Of a stretch of 64,000 nt of DNA, positions 13,368-45,964 are shown piece after piece (position 1 is the stretch's first letter; every line of letters begins with the position of its first letter). The translations under genes were made by a program, and so were the position numbers. The notes under the pieces are model-generated. The model was not told the origin of the DNA and did no database searches. It worked only from the letters and a program-made list of their open reading frames with translations. This DNA is from Lingula anatina (lineage: Eukaryota; Animalia; Brachiopoda): contig CM120645.1 in assembly GCA_051362555.1 (NCBI GenBank), positions 24,146,934 through 24,210,933 on the forward strand, in the 5' to 3' direction.

Positions 13368-14999
13368 CAGACTTGACATTTAATATGGAATATTTTTTTC
13401 CACATAATTTTTCATCAGTTTTTTCCTATTTTGCTGACTGATAAATAAAAATAAGGATTAAAATAGTGTTTCAATATCTTTTAATTATCTTTTGATTTCA
13501 TTGTGGCATCAGTTCATTAATGGAATTCGCCAGAAAAGCAAACAAAAAAACACACTGCCTATTCTATGTCATACGACAACCATTAAAAGATATATTTTGG
13601 ATCTCCATATTTTCCATATTATTATCTGTAAAAGAGTTACACGCCCCACAAAGGACCCTCATGTCAGTGTCTAGTCACAGTAACGGTCGCTGCTACACCT
13701 GACCTCTTCTGGCTGCTACCAGTGCTCTCCAGCGGCAAGGCATTCCTTGGGATAGGATTTTAGAGTTCAATCTGGAAAAAATTCGAGAGATCGGTCAAAA
13801 TATGTCCAATTTGGTCCAGTTTTGTTGTAGGACATGTAAGCCATTGATTCGGCGAGTAATGGCCTACCCACATATTGTCTATGTGGTTCAAATATGGCTG
13901 ATGACCAAGGTATCTGCTCATTCCCTTGGTTCTGTAAGTAATCTGCTATTAAATGTGCTCTGTGTGAACCGGCAATATTACCGTGCAACTTAAAATTGTT
14001 CCTATGGTGCCCCCTATCAAATGATAGTCAAGTGGTTCCCAGTTTATTCCTTTATTTAATCTGGTTCAGGTTTTCGTCGATGACTACCATTAGTGTTTTG
14101 GCACCAATGTGGTATCTACTCCAAATACTGACGCTGTTAATGACCTTAGTCACTTTACACGCGGCACACGCTTCGTCGTTGGTCTCTTCTGGATGTCTGT
14201 AAATTTTGTTTTGACTAGTTGAGCGGTACAGGTGAAATATGACCTCAATAAAGAAAGCCATGAGATTTCAGTATTCAACCCAGAAAGAGTCAAGTTCCCC
14301 AATTAATTAGAGAAACATACAACGATGTTTTGCTGTTTACACTGGGTTCCTCGGAGGTCATCTGGTATTCTAACCTGCTTAAATCAGTTTGGTGTTCGCT
14401 AAGGGCCTTGAAAAATGCGTTTTGGTGGCAATTTACCCCTCATTCTTACTAGGTGGTTTTTGTGTAGCTGCCACAGCATATCCCGAAAGACAGTGGGTCC
14501 TGTACCCGGTGGTAAAAATTCAATACATTGGGTGTGGCCTCTTTGTAGGTACATCAGTCTGGGCATTACTCTATAAATCTGTGCGAAGTGTTTCGTTTGA
14601 CGCCATTATCTGTCTGGCAATGTCTCTTTTCCCCGCGCCATTCTGTCACAGATTAACAAAACTGTAAAGCACTGCATAGCTCATTTTACACATTGCAAAA
14701 CCGACCACTTGCATACAAAATTTCAAATTCTTCTATGCAGTAGTTGCCGACATATGGATACTTTCTTGACAGTACATGCTTTGCCAAAGCCAAGCTTTGA
14801 GCACTACCCAATTAAATCACTGCATATTACATATAGTGCAGCAGCGCAATAAACCTGGTATTCAGTTAATTGGCACCGACACACCTGACTGCACACTTCT
14901 ACATATCTTATATGAGATCGAAGTTTTTTGAAAAAAGAACGCATTTTTACCTAGGCATACCTTCGAAACTGAAAAATTCCATTTTAAATGTCAAGTCTG
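13368..14999 (-). mobile_element. Degenerate Tc1/mariner transposon, 1632 bp
   Basis: TA-flanked TIRs CAGACTTGACATTTAA(T/A)ATGGAAT at both ends. Minus-strand transposase remnants IYRHPEETNDEAC...SVSIW...TLMVVIDENLN and HGNIAGSHRAHLIADYLQNQGNEQIPWS resemble the Tc1 DDE region. Confidence 0.88.
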
Positions 15000-15977
15000 T
15001 ATATTTTTTGTACCGGTAGTGTGATTGAGGGCATCCGTGATAGAGCAGTTTTACTGTTTACTGTGACTGTGACATTTTGTTCTTGGTACTCGAGTTTAAG
15101 ATATACCGGTTTCCTCTGTCGTTGTCTAAACTGACAGTTTTCAGTCTGCAAATGATATTTTTTAACACTTAATCAAACAATAAGGCTTTTGTGCATTAAA
15201 TTTAGAACAACATATGGCCCATATCGTTCCCAGTTCACTTGCCATTTAGTTCAGAAATAAATGATATTTTTATTTAATCGATAACTCGTTGAACATGGAT
15301 CCTGGGTGTATTTTCCTCTTCGTGTGTCTCTGTCTTGGTAATTTGAATCCCAGTAGTACACAGTAATACCTTGATACAAGAAGTCATGAAAGTTCATAAA
15401 TTCTTCGTAAGTAGCAAAAACTGTGTAAAGCTTAATAGATTTTGGTTCCTTTTTTCATTACTTCGTGTAAAAGATTTTTTTTATCTACTTGAACTTCTTT
15501 ATTCCGGTCTCTGCGTAGGATCACAAGTCCTCTAGTAGTTCTGTACGGAGCGTTCCTTGCGACACAATAATCTGTCTGGGAATTTCTGTCTGTTTTCTGC
15601 CTTTCTAGCTCATAGAATCAATACTGTGACTCACTGGTTCGCTTTATTCCCACACCGTTAAACTAGCAACAGGTATAGAAAATTTCAAAGTCATCTGTGC
15701 AGACGTTAACGAAACGTGGAGATATGTCGACTTTTTAAACAGAACCATGGTCTGTCATAGTCATACCAGGATTAGCCCAAACAGTAATACCTAATGGAAT
15801 TATGGCATATTACGTAGTGTAGGAGTGCTGCAGACAAGGTGGTCAATTAATTATCAATTAGATAATTTAGGAAAAAAATTAAGATATGCATCCGAAATAA
15901 GGTTAGCGTCACTTTGATGGTTTAATATTATTAAATGTGTGAACATTTTATAATTGTGTGTAATACCGTATCATATT

Positions 15978-16245
15978 ATTACGTCCGCCAAGGAGGTTAT
16001 GTTTTCACCCCTGTTTGCCTGTCTGTTTGTCATCAACATAACTCAAAAAGTTATGGATGAATTTCGATGGAATTTTCAGGGTAGGTCAGAAATGGGTTAA
16101 CTTAGCAGTGATAAGTTTTTGGTGGTGATCCGGATAAATAATCAATCAATAATCAAAAATATCGAAAATTTAGGGGTGAAACGGCATTGGATGGAGACTT
16201 TGCTGCGTTGGCGGAGGTCTGCGCTCTCTGAGTGCTTTTCTAGTT
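15978..16245. mobile_element. Helentron-associated/HINE-like non-autonomous element (paralog 52121-52388)
   Basis: Subterminal inverted repeat TCCGCCAA ... TTGGCGGA, short GTCT/GTTT microsatellite, 3' hairpin GCGCTC-TCT-GAGTGC, TTTTCTAGTT end. Family assignment is from architecture only. Confidence 0.7.
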
Positions 16246-16946
16246 TATTACAAGTTCTCCTAATGAGCCGTGTGGCTGCAAAATTGCAGAAATTAAATTA
16301 AAATAAACACTGAAGGTGTGCCTGGATCACTAAGATTATTTTTTTATCCCATCTCTACCAGTTGTCTGGAGGTGCGCCTTGAGGACAAGGTGGTGGTGGT
16401 AGAAGAATTTAATATTAACTTAATCAAAGGGATGCCTGGATTACTAAGATTTAATGTAAATCCCATGTGGCTTAATAATTGTGAAGTCAGTCTATTGGAG
16501 GGAGGAAAATAAATAAAATTGCAGTTTACCAGAGAATGAAAATCACAATGTCAATAAATAGTTCATTCAAATTATCATAATTACAGACATATCGTCATGA
16601 TGGGAGGGGTGTTTGGGGACGATTGTCCTGAAAGGCCGAATATGATGGTCAAGAGGAAGTTAATATCCTGCCACCATTTCAATGCAATCAAGCAGTAAAC
16701 AAAAATGGACATGCCTTCGTGTTTGTGATTACCATATGTACCATGGACATCACGCGAACCTGGCACAAATTCTTTGGGGTGCAATGGCCACTGAATGGCC
16801 AACTATTGACGAATCGAGACCCCCGTGAGCAGCCCAATGCAATGAAAGTCCTTAAACGCACTTTTATGACACCTTTGTTGTTACGTCAACTTTGTTGTCA
16901 CTTCATTTATACAACGTGGCCGCCACCCAGCCATCCCGTTAGCTGC

Positions 16947-18200
16947 GTCTAAATTCTTATAACATTATTATTTCTTCTATCTGTTCCTAGACCATAAGAG
17001 TTAGGAAGCTGAAACTTTGGTGAATAGTTTACCCATCATCAGGGATATGCATGGGCACTTTGGAATTTTAGTGCCACAGGGGGTTGGGCTGTACCCTGGG
17101 GGGGGGGTTGATTCTAAATTCTTAAGACATTTATTATTTCTGCCATCTGCCCTAGACCATCGGAGTTAGGAAGCTGAAACTTGAGTGATTTGTGTACCCA
17201 TCATCAAGGAGGTGCATGGCCCCTTAAGAAGGGGGAGGGTTGATTCTAAATTCTTTTTACATTGTAATTTCTGCTATCTCCTCCTAGACCATTGCATGTA
17301 GGAAGTTGAGCCTTTGGGAATTGGTGGACCCATAATCAGGGATGTGCATAGGCACTTTGGAATTTTAGTGTCACGGGGTATTGGGCTGTCCCCTGGGGAT
17401 TGATTCTAAATTCTTATGACATTGTTATTTCTGCTATCTGTTCCTAGACCATTAGAGTTAGGAAGCTGAAACTTTGGTGTATAGTTTACCGATCATCAGG
17501 GATGTGTATGGGCACTTTGGAATTTTGGTGTCTCAGGGGATTGGGCTGTTCCCGCGGGGTGGTTGATTCTAAAATCTTATAACATTGTAATTTCCACTAT
17601 CTTCTCTTAGACCATTACAGATAGGGAACTGAAACTTTTGGAATTGGTACCCATGATCAGGGAAATGCATGGGCATTTTGGAATTTTAGTGCCACAGGGG
17701 GTTGGGCTGTCCCTGGGGGGTGATTCTAAATTTTTTCACATTGTAATTTCTGCTATCACCTCCTAGACCATTGCAGTTGAAACTATGGAAATTAGTAGAC
17801 CCGTCATCAGGGATGTGCATGGGCACTTTTCAATTTTAGTGCCACGGGGGTTGGGCATTGTCCTGGGAGGTGGTTGATTCTAAATTATTATGGCATTGTA
17901 ATTTCTGCCATCTGGTCCGGACCATTGCTAGTAGGAAGTTGAAACTTTGGGAATTGGTAGACCCATCTTTAGAGATGTACATATACACTTTGGAATTTTA
18001 GTGCAACAGGGGTTTGGGCTTCACCCGGGGGTTGGTTGATTCTGAATTCTTTTCACACGGTAATTTTTGCTATCTCCTAGACCATTGCTGGTAGGAAGCT
18101 GAAACTTTGGTGATTAGTTTACCCATTGTCAGGGATGTGCATGGGCACTTTGGAATTTTAGAGTGGCTGGGGATTGAACTGTCCCTGGGCTTAAATTTAT
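16947..18200. repeat. ~160-bp tandem array, ~8 diverged units (paralog ~53091-54345)
   Basis: Unit GATTCTAAATTC...CCTAGACCATT...GGAAGCTGAAACTTTGG...GGGCACTTTGGAATTTTAGTG recurs near 16949, 17111, 17242, 17402, 17565, 17722, 17876 and 18038. Confidence 0.92.
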
Positions 18201-18459
18201 TTAAGTCTATTCCCAGAGTATTAGAGTGTGATTGGTGATTCTATTTTTCCTATTATATGCTATGAAATACTTTGATTTACTGTACTAGTTAGGGGTAGAT
18301 GTACTTTTTTGTTACCACTTTATCAGATTCTGATGTATAGCAGATATTTTTAATATCTCAACGTCCATATGGAGCCATTCTTAGATTTATAAGTTGTTTG
18401 TTCTGTTTCTATTTTACAGGAAGATTACAATCAGCCTATTAACCAGTTTGCTGTGAACC

Positions 18460-36273
<17,814 letters not shown>

Positions 36274-39200
36274 ACTAGTAACACCATTACCAAGCATATA
36301 AGGCAAGATTACAGTGGACAGGAGGATAACAGACAAGATCTTAGAAACTCTGCAAGATCAGCATGCTTGATCAAATTGGGTTTAATCTTATTATTTTTTT
36401 AATCTATTGGATCTACTGTCTTTAACCTATTGATATGGTTATTATGCATTTTTGTCTTGATATTTAAAGAGTCCATTTTTAAGGACACTGAATTGGACTT
36501 TATATATTTACACCTAGAAATGACAGATGAAATTATTTTTAGCAAAATTTCTGGCAAAGTGCCTAATTTAAAGAAATTGTTATAGCTGGTAACTTAAATG
36601 ATAACTGAAACTTTTAGATAATGTGCTGCTATATAGTATTACCATTTTTATCATGCAAGTTATATGTACATTTACATACCATAAAGGCTTAAATGTCATA
36701 AGATTGGAAATATTTAACAAATTAATTTGGTTAACATGCATTTTTCTTTTAATTGTTAATTTTCTTACCAAGTGATCATCATGTACATGTTTGAACCTAA
36801 AAGAAAAGTCAATCCTTTTATGTAATTCAAAGTAAACTTTTGCAAGGCCCCTTTGAAAACTAGTGATGATACTTTAGAATACTTAATGCATATACCACCA
36901 CTGCAATGTCTTGGGTAGTTGACAGGTACAGAATTGCTGTTTACATTTCATGGGATTTACTGTGTTTTTGGATATTTTATTGTAGTAGTTTGAGAAGATA
37001 TTGTTAAAAATATCATGTTAATTGGGAGGCTTTTTTATCTTTAATTGTGTGTTATAGTGTGGTAATCTGGGAATATGTTAAACTATCATGTTCGTTAGGG
37101 GGTTCTTGTTTCTTAACTTTAATGTTTTGGTAGAATATTTCAAAATTGTAATCTGGGAGGATATTATTAATATTTAGATTTAAATTCGGGGGTTCTTGTT
37201 TCTTAACTTTCATGTTTTGGTAGAATATTTCAAAATTGTAATCTGGGAAGATATTATTAATATTCAGAGATAATTGGGGGGTTCTTTTCATTTTAATTGG
37301 ATGTTTTAGAATGTTTTAGTGCAGTAATCTGGGACATTGTTGTAAAATTTTTATGTCAATTGGGATTAATTTTGTTTGGGAATATTTTAGTGTTGTAATC
37401 TATGGCAATATTGTGAAAATATGGAAATAAAAACTGGTTATGAAAGTTCTGCTTTTTTCTTTCATTCCACAATTTTGTTTTCATACTAAACTGTTTAGTT
37501 CCACTAAGTAAGAACATATGTTTAGGATAAAAGGACATGCACTTTCTCTCTCTTCACTTGACATTGAAATTTCCCCATGGTTATTTTCATGCTAATTTCC
37601 CCTATTTTATGTTTTCCAATTCAGACTTTAAGACATTTAAATTCCTTGAACATAATTTTATCTGAAGCATACCTAATTTTGTTCACAGCCAAGATGGTAG
37701 CCATGATATCATGTAAGAAAAAACATGTTTTATACGCAGTACTAGGCCATGATTCAAAACACCGTAACATTATCACATGTTATGAAGTAAAAACAAGACC
37801 ATGCTCCATATTCATGTATGTCTTGTGAATGCCAGCTAGGAAGGGGGAAATATTAATTGGATGTAAGGAATAATGAAATCGTGTCTATTTTTCTCTTGAC
37901 CACCATTTGAAGACAATGAGTAACTTTTTTGAGTTGGAACCAAAAAGGTTACAGCTTTCTTCCCAGTTATGGTAATGACTTGATCATTTGAATAGGGAAA
38001 ATTATCAATTTTTAGGTACATAATTTTGGAATCAATAAAAATACAATTCTATGTAGCAATTTTGTGCTTTTAATGTATAGTGTACAGATAAGCTAAGTCA
38101 AGGAAAGGCATATACTGAGTATATGTATCTTTTTCACTGGATCTTGGTTTTATTTCATGCAGAAATTCACAAGACGCGTAAAAACTAAAAAGGAAAGCCA
38201 AAATGACAAAAATGCACTCACTTCCCATGATTTACCATGCTGAAATTTACTTATACAAAATCTAATAAATTTTTATAATCAATGATCAGTATTAAAAACT
38301 TTTTCTGTCATTCCTTAAACTATAAATTCTAAGTAACAAAACTGAAAATAACTGATTAAGAAGAAAGAATATACTACGTGTTCCTCCCACGGAGACAGTG
38401 TGTAGAATGAAATAAAAAGTCTACTAAGCTAATGGGAGTAGCCCTAAACCTAAAACCCAGATGTGCTAGATCACCCGGCTCCTCAAGCACAATACAAGAT
38501 AAAATTGCTCATAGAGCAATACACCTTGCAAATGTTGGAAATTTTTTAAAATTTCAATTTACTTTTAATTTTTATTCATTTTTGAACCTAGTAATATTCA
38601 GAACTAATTACAAATTAAACAAGAAAATGCAATTTGTACTGGCAGCATATTTATTCTATCTAAATCTAACTTTATTATACACTGCATTATAATTGCATAA
38701 ATGATTGCCATATTTTTTAGTTTATTTCATAAGTAGATATCTGATAATAATGTAACTATCTTTTCATATAAATAAATAAAACAATGTTAACATATGCTTA
38801 AATATGAAACAAAAACAAATAGAAACAAAATAAAGCAAAAAAAAAAGTAAGTAAAGTGAGTAAACCGCCCTTTTCCAGCTGCACTTTAACACTTAATAAC
38901 TGTAAATTGAACGTCCCAATGGCCTAAATGAAGCAACTGGATGACATATGTTGCATACATATGCCCCCCTTTAACACCTACCTCGTCTCAAAAAATTATT
39001 TCCACGTCAAAAACTTCCAACTTGCGTGTTTCATCGGCTAGGAAATGGCTGTCGTTCAACGGCCTCTTCTGTTTTAACCATGCATGTTACGGGCACAAAA
39101 GACATATAACGGGGCAGCCTACCCGCACAACCATATACTGCCTTCCTGGGCCGAATTTTGCCAAACGAGCAATAGACTTGCAAAATTCTTTTGCAAGTAA

Positions 39201-39801
39201 TAAGCAATATAAACCTCACACACTCTACAGAATACAATTTTTAGGTAAAATGTTTTTCAGTTGTGTTGCTACACCTCAAGAGAAGTGTTCTAATTTTAAG
39301 AATTTATTACTTAAAAATACAGTATTTGTAAACTTCACAATATCCCCGTTGAAATGACCGTATTGCAGTAACATAATATGTGTGCAGACTTCCATGTACA
39401 AAATGTGTATCTTTGTATACAAAGAGGCATGACTTTGGTAAAACTGGAAAGAATATTTTTCTTTATTCAATGTGAAATAAGAAATAATATAAATAACTAC
39501 ATATCATTCTTAAGACTTCTGTGTTCAAGCAATTTATTTGATCAAGCTTGTTCCTAACAATATATTATATGTATATATATCAGTGGCTTTGGCAGGGACG
39601 GTACTGGTATGTGTTCTCAGAAAAAAAAATTGACATCACCCAAAATACATTCGTGAAGATGCAAAAGCTGCTAAACAGTACATTCGTGGCATCTTCGATG
39701 GGCCCCGACATTTGGTCCTCTGTTGGAGCTCTCAGATATTGAATACTAACTTTTTTCAACTCCCTCTCACATAAGGTAGACAAAATTTAATGTGGTTTTA
39801 T

Positions 39802-41059
39802 ATAATAATAATAATAATAATAATAATCTTTATTGAGCAACTAAAATGTGTACATGTTACATTTTACAGGCTCTCTACACTTGTCATAACATCTTCATAA
39901 CAATTATACAAATCTATACAAATACTTATGGAATAATTACTGGGATGCAGCACAGAATAAAACGATTATTGCTATTGATGGGTGTGTCGTTTTTTTAAAC
40001 TGTCAGTTATAAATCGATGTAATGTTCTCAAGCACGATTCACTTTTTGGACTGAGCAGCCACTGAATTTTTTCATGATCTGTTTTCTGCTCAGGAGGTAT
40101 CATTAGTCCACTTCTTCTGTCACTATGTTCTTCACATTTCAGTAGGAAGTGGATTTCCGTTTCAATTTCATTACAGTGGGGGCACTTGCGATTTTCAATA
40201 GGGGTTTTAGGGGACGTATAGCGGCCACGTTCAATTTCTAATTCGTAGTCACTAATCCGCATTTTTGCAATAGTCTTCATTTCTGATTGTGTGACTTTCA
40301 TTAACAGATATTTTTCAGGGGTGTAAGTTTTTTTAAGTAATCTGTCCTAAGTTTACTGTAGTTATCACTTTCCAGGTCTTGCCAAAATAGTTCCTCAATT
40401 TTATTGTTGATAGAATCTCTTAGGTTTTCAAAGTTATCTAGTGTTTGTGTATTAGTTTTATGACCCAGACCCCAACACTTTATAAATGTTCTTATTGATT
40501 CAGACCAACAGGGTCCTTTTGCTTTTTGCTCCTGTTCATAAATGTTTTTGACCAATCTGTTGGAAGGTAGCTCTTTTAGTCTGGCGTTGTATCTCTGTGT
40601 CTGTTTTGCAACATCAGAATAGAGTGGAATTCTCCCAAATTCAGCTCTACAGGCATTGTTCATAGCATTTTTCGTACACCTAGTGCCCATTTGCACATTT
40701 AAGATGTAGTTGTTCAAAAGGAAATTTATTTAATTTTGAAAGTGACATTTATTTTTCCTTGAATATTTCTTCAGACCCAACTTCACACCCGTACAGTAAG
40801 ATGGGCTTGATGATTTTGTCAAAAAGTTTTAAGTTGAGTGGGGGAGATGTTATCTTGTTTGAGGACAGGGCTGCTTTAAGAGCAAAGGTTGCTTTTAGAG
40901 CTTTTTTCTTTAAATTTTCAATTGCTTTTAGAGTGGGACTAAGATTGTCCCCTTGGCGAATTCCTAGTCTTGATAGAAATGGGGTAGTGTAACCTACACC
41001 TACCGAGATGCCTAATCTGGTGTTACTATACATGCTTTTTATGACACGGTAGAATTTAT
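39802..41059 (-). mobile_element. RTEX-like LINE fragment, unit-2 paralog of 6263-7517
   Basis: Same ORF fragments (39972-41033) and (TTA)n tail. Confidence 0.85.
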
Positions 41060-42012
41060 GTAGACCAGCTTACAAAATTAAACATGTGCTTTTTTAATGA
41101 GAACGCATATGTCTGTAATTTGTAGACACTGAATATTCCCTAAAGCCTTCCCAAGTCTTTCATTTTTCGGGTCAATTAGACGTATGATTGCCACCACATA
41201 CCAGGGGTACATCCCAGAGAGATGTATCCCTGGCACATCTCTCTCATGGCAGCGCTCCAGCACTGCCATGTAAGTTTTGATCTCGTGACGTACACGTCGA
41301 AATCTCCACCTGTGTCAAACATCTGCGCATGTGCACCAGCTGCGTTTTTATAAGTGCTTGAACAAGACTATTTAATTTTATTTTAAATCTGGCTTTGTAT
41401 CAAAAAGAAACAGTTGTGCGATCCTCGATACTGTATATTTTTATACAGATATGCATAATTCCATCTAATTTGTTTGAATCATAACACTTATATATTCACT
41501 GGCAAGAAATGAACATAAATTCTGGCTTGCTACGCGCCGTAGTATGGTCAATATAACACGGTAAAGGGGGGCAATTTTAATTTAGCGGGTTCAGTGATTA
41601 TAAATGGCATTGGGAAATTGTCTTGCTATGTCTCAATATTGTTTTTGGGGACCGAAAGGAGCAGAAAGAGGGGGGGCAGCAAGATTAGAGGACAACTGCG
41701 GGATTTACCCGCCATGGATTTGCCCGGGGAAATTGAAGTTAAACGAGACTTAGCTATAGGCCTACCTTTAAATTGAAGTTTGATGGAGATTCTATCGACT
41801 ACCAGTCAGGAACGAAGGAATCAGAATCAGAAGTTTATTGACAATCGCCCTATATCCGGGCATGATAAAACACAAATACAAGAAGTAATCCGCAGAGTGA
41901 TTACCGAAACGATTAGATATACATATTATAATCTCTAAACTAATGCAGGGAAAGTAGGCCTACAAGTAACCTACTACACAATCCAGGTCAATAGGCCTAT
42001 ATAGGCATCACC

Positions 42013-42047
<35 letters not shown>

Positions 42048-44110
42048 CACAAAAATAATAATAATAATAATAATAATAATTCAACTAGAATAGGCTACAC
42101 TAAACCTTAAATTAAACTATTATTTTAGGGGGATATTAGAACTGCATCGTCAGTTTATCTAGGTTTTATTCAGCATAGATGCAATTTTCATATCCCTAGC
42201 TTTAAAACAATCATCAAGAAAGGAATAACATGAGATGGGGAAGCCCACCCGTTGATCAGTGGTAAGCTAGTGTAGACGTACTTTTCATATATTGCAATTG
42301 TAATCATTGTTTCTTTGATTCATGATGGGGGATAACAAAACAGAGGATAAGATTAACAGTAAAACTTCATTAAATCAGGAAAGTATACTTCATTTTGTGA
42401 TAGCACTCAATGATGACATGGCTTCAATGACATCCGCTATTGCAAGCTTGGGTCATACTTTCAAAACATTTACCTATACCTTTATGCTTGGATTTGGATT
42501 TGATAGTTTAAAATAACTGGTCAGCCATTATAACTAGGGACTAAGATAAGATGAAATACAAACATCAGGTACGCTACATAAAAAAAAAAAATTATAATAA
42601 TAAGGTGTAGGGTATGTAGGATTTCATAAGAAGCGGTGGATTGCAAAAATGAACATTTACAGGATTTTCAAATCCATGTACATGTGCCTGTAGTGTACCT
42701 TTAATCAAAAGGCACATACACTTCCGATATCAATAAAGTTAATGAAGCCATTCCCACATTTAAAGTTAGTCCCTGTCTTTTTTCCCTAAAAAGTCTGGTT
42801 TTCCGTAATACTGGTATTCTCTTAAGAGATTATTACAGTGTAGTGTAGCCACCTATGGAGGTCACGCGATATGATGGCAAGCACAGATTTTAGAATAATT
42901 GCGTTAATCACCGTTTTTGGTGGTAAAGTGGAACCTATTATATTTCTCTGAGCTGTTCACAATGCATTTATTGTGAAATATTGATAACTTACGGACAGTT
43001 TTCATCCCTTTAAGGCTACCATGGATATTGCGTAAACCTGCTGATAAATGTTGAAACGCAAACAATTAAAGTCTTTAACTAACTATCAGACAATTCCGCC
43101 GGACCACTCAGTGTTGCCAGGCGTCAAATAAGTTTCTTCAATACTGTAAAGCTTTGCCGTCGGGTTAATGCCTTCTTCGTTACACTTATATTCTATTAAC
43201 AAGTTTGAGGCAGATCAATATTATTGCCTTCTTTTGCACAGGTTTACCCACAACCCCTGCACAAAAGAAGGTTAAGGTCAGATATCACTAAATGAAGCTG
43301 AACTATGATAGGTCGAATGTTGAAATGCACATATGTAAATTCCCTATATGACTGTGGCGCATGTTATTTACACGTGATACATCCATGGGGCTTCAGGGTT
43401 CAAACTGATACTCAGAGGACATCAGGTGTCATAACTTCACTGTAATTAAGGGGTTCAGAGATGGTGAAATTACACGAGAAAATTGTTTGATTGTGTTTGT
43501 TATACTATTTTGGGGATGGAAGTGGGCAGAAATGAACACTTCTGTACTTAGAAGCTAAAGAAGGTTTATGTACCACCCTTCCCTCGCATTTCTCTTTGCA
43601 CTTTAAAACTAAGTTTTCAAAAATTGTGCCATTAAAACACGCGCTAGATTAATCACAGAATGAATACAGATCCGAAATAAAATTAAAACACGAAAGATAT
43701 CTGCCACATGGAGGACAGCTTTCATGTTCGTCCTCACATAAGCTGTGCTTGCCACTGATATTCACCGATATTATACGTAAACCTGGCGGTCGATTTAATT
43801 GATAATTCGGTAATTAAGTTCAGTCCCATAACTCAGGGCTGCCAAGTGTCACATATCGTCTTCAATAATTAAACATCCTACCATTATGTCAAAAATTTCT
43901 TCCAAAGGCTTATATAATATTAACATGTTTGCGGTATATTTTCAAAAGCTGGGTCTACACACGAATCCCTAAATGAAAAAAGCATAGAAATAATAATGGC
44001 TGGGATAATTTTCCTACGGTATGCTGAAAGAAAGCATAAGACCGAGAACAGTAGAATCACCGAAATTAGTTCTTCATGTATAAGAAGTGTTAATGGGACA
44101 TCAGACTTTG

Positions 44111-44184
<74 letters not shown>

Positions 44185-45964
44185 GCATTATTGCTTAAAA
44201 TATTATTGAAAAATACTATCACTGTTAGTATTACTTACAGAAAGCATATATGACCAGTAAGAAGAGAAACAACGACATAGATCGAAATACAATGAAAAAA
44301 TTAGGGTCATCAAAGAGGTTTACCTAAAACGAGGACCCAGGTAGTTAAAATCTGTATTTGATGGTCTTGCAGGGTCATCATATCCAACCTGATGATTACC
44401 CTTGGTAGTCATTTGATTACTTGGGTTGTCAAATTACATGTAGGTTGATGCATTCATGTAGTTTGGGAGGAGATGAGTACTGCTTGCAACCTTCATTTAC
44501 CATTGGCCTGCGTACAATTAGTGAGAGTGAGAGTGTTGCATTAAGTATTGTGTAATGTTACCCAATAATTCAATGTAATTCTAGTGGCACAGGAAAGCTG
44601 AAACAAGATTTAGCATGAATTCCTAAGTGTCTGAAACCAAATGTTCCTGTAAAAACTGCAACGCTCCAAAACTGAACCACAACAAACACTGCTGCAAAGT
44701 GGCGTCCGCCTGTCGTGCGGTACGTACTTCACCGAATAACCCACTTAACAAGAGAGCAGTGATCCAACATTTGTCCAACGCATGGTTGGTTGTACGACCA
44801 ATGATGGCCCAACGTATGGTTGCTTATAGACACAACGTTGTAAAGTATGAAATGGTCAACCATAAAACTTTTTACGAAGATAAATTTTAAGAACTTTTTT
44901 AAAACCTCGTCTACTGAGCTTAAATTTCTTAGTCCTGATGGTAACTGATTCTGTTCAAGCGGGGCGTATATTCAGTACTTCTGCTATCAGTACTATTTCT
45001 GTTTCAACTACTACATCTACTACTACTACTATTACTACTACTAATTATGATAAAAATAATAAGCACACACCACTAGTTAAATTTCAATAGTTTCAGCATG
45101 GCTGTCTTTGACGGAAACTGCAATTACCCGTCTTCTGCTTAAACTTAATTATAAATTTTTAATCTGTTGAGCTTTGCCTCACGTCAATCAAACGTCAAAT
45201 GGTCTTTAAAAATGTAACATGACGTGTGCAAAACGTTCATCTGAAGCATTATAAAGGCACCGTCAATCAAATCATTTTAACAAAAAGGCTGGGGATATTT
45301 CAGTTTTTCGAGGAGTCCAGTTCCTACCAATAAATACTGCTGCCTTCTACTTGTGCGGACCAAAGTTGTAAGTACAGTATTTAACTAAGTAATTCAATAG
45401 TGCGCTTGTCGAGAAGTTATGTATTATTTCTTCCCGAGGCTTAACTTAAAAATAATATCAAATCCAATGCTCTGTACGAACCAACCCATAAGTTACATGG
45501 GCAGAGGATGCATTTTGATTCTTGTTTTCCACAGTTATTGTGGTTTCTTAAATGATATTTGAAGCTGATGGGTGCATGGGTAGGTTTCTGAACATTAGGT
45601 TGCATCCAAAGAATGTTTGTAACTGCCATATAAAGCCGGTATACGTACCGAGCTTACTAGAAATATCATGATAAAAACTTCAAGTATAATCTGTGTTTAC
45701 AAGTAGGCCTACTATTGACATTGGTATACTGAGTGGCTTTACTGATTATTTTATATTTATCGTTTTCATCTGAGAATTTACGGGCAGGTCACTGCGTTTT
45801 ATAATATAATTTTAGTGTCCTACTGATATCATTTCTTTGATTAAATTCATCGATGAAGAAAAAAATCCATGGCTTATTCTAAGTCATAAAACAACCATTA
45901 GAAACGATATATGGATGTCCGTGTTATCCAAATTATCTACTGTTAAAGAGGTACACTGTTAAAG

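Noticed and set aside
15300-15412. Non-coding first exon ending at the GTAAGT donor at 15407
   Set aside because: An upstream exon is implied by the acceptor at 18420, but a single donor motif is not enough to place it.
3511-16952. Many 60-140-aa ORFs, identical between units, as conserved genes
   Set aside because: Identity reflects the recent duplication. Apart from the LINE and Tc1 remnants they show no recognisable motifs or exon structure.
16947-18200. CRISPR-like or ribozyme-bearing (retrozyme) array
   Set aside because: Whole units are homologous with no unique spacers, there are no cas genes, and no CTGANGA...GAAA core was seen.
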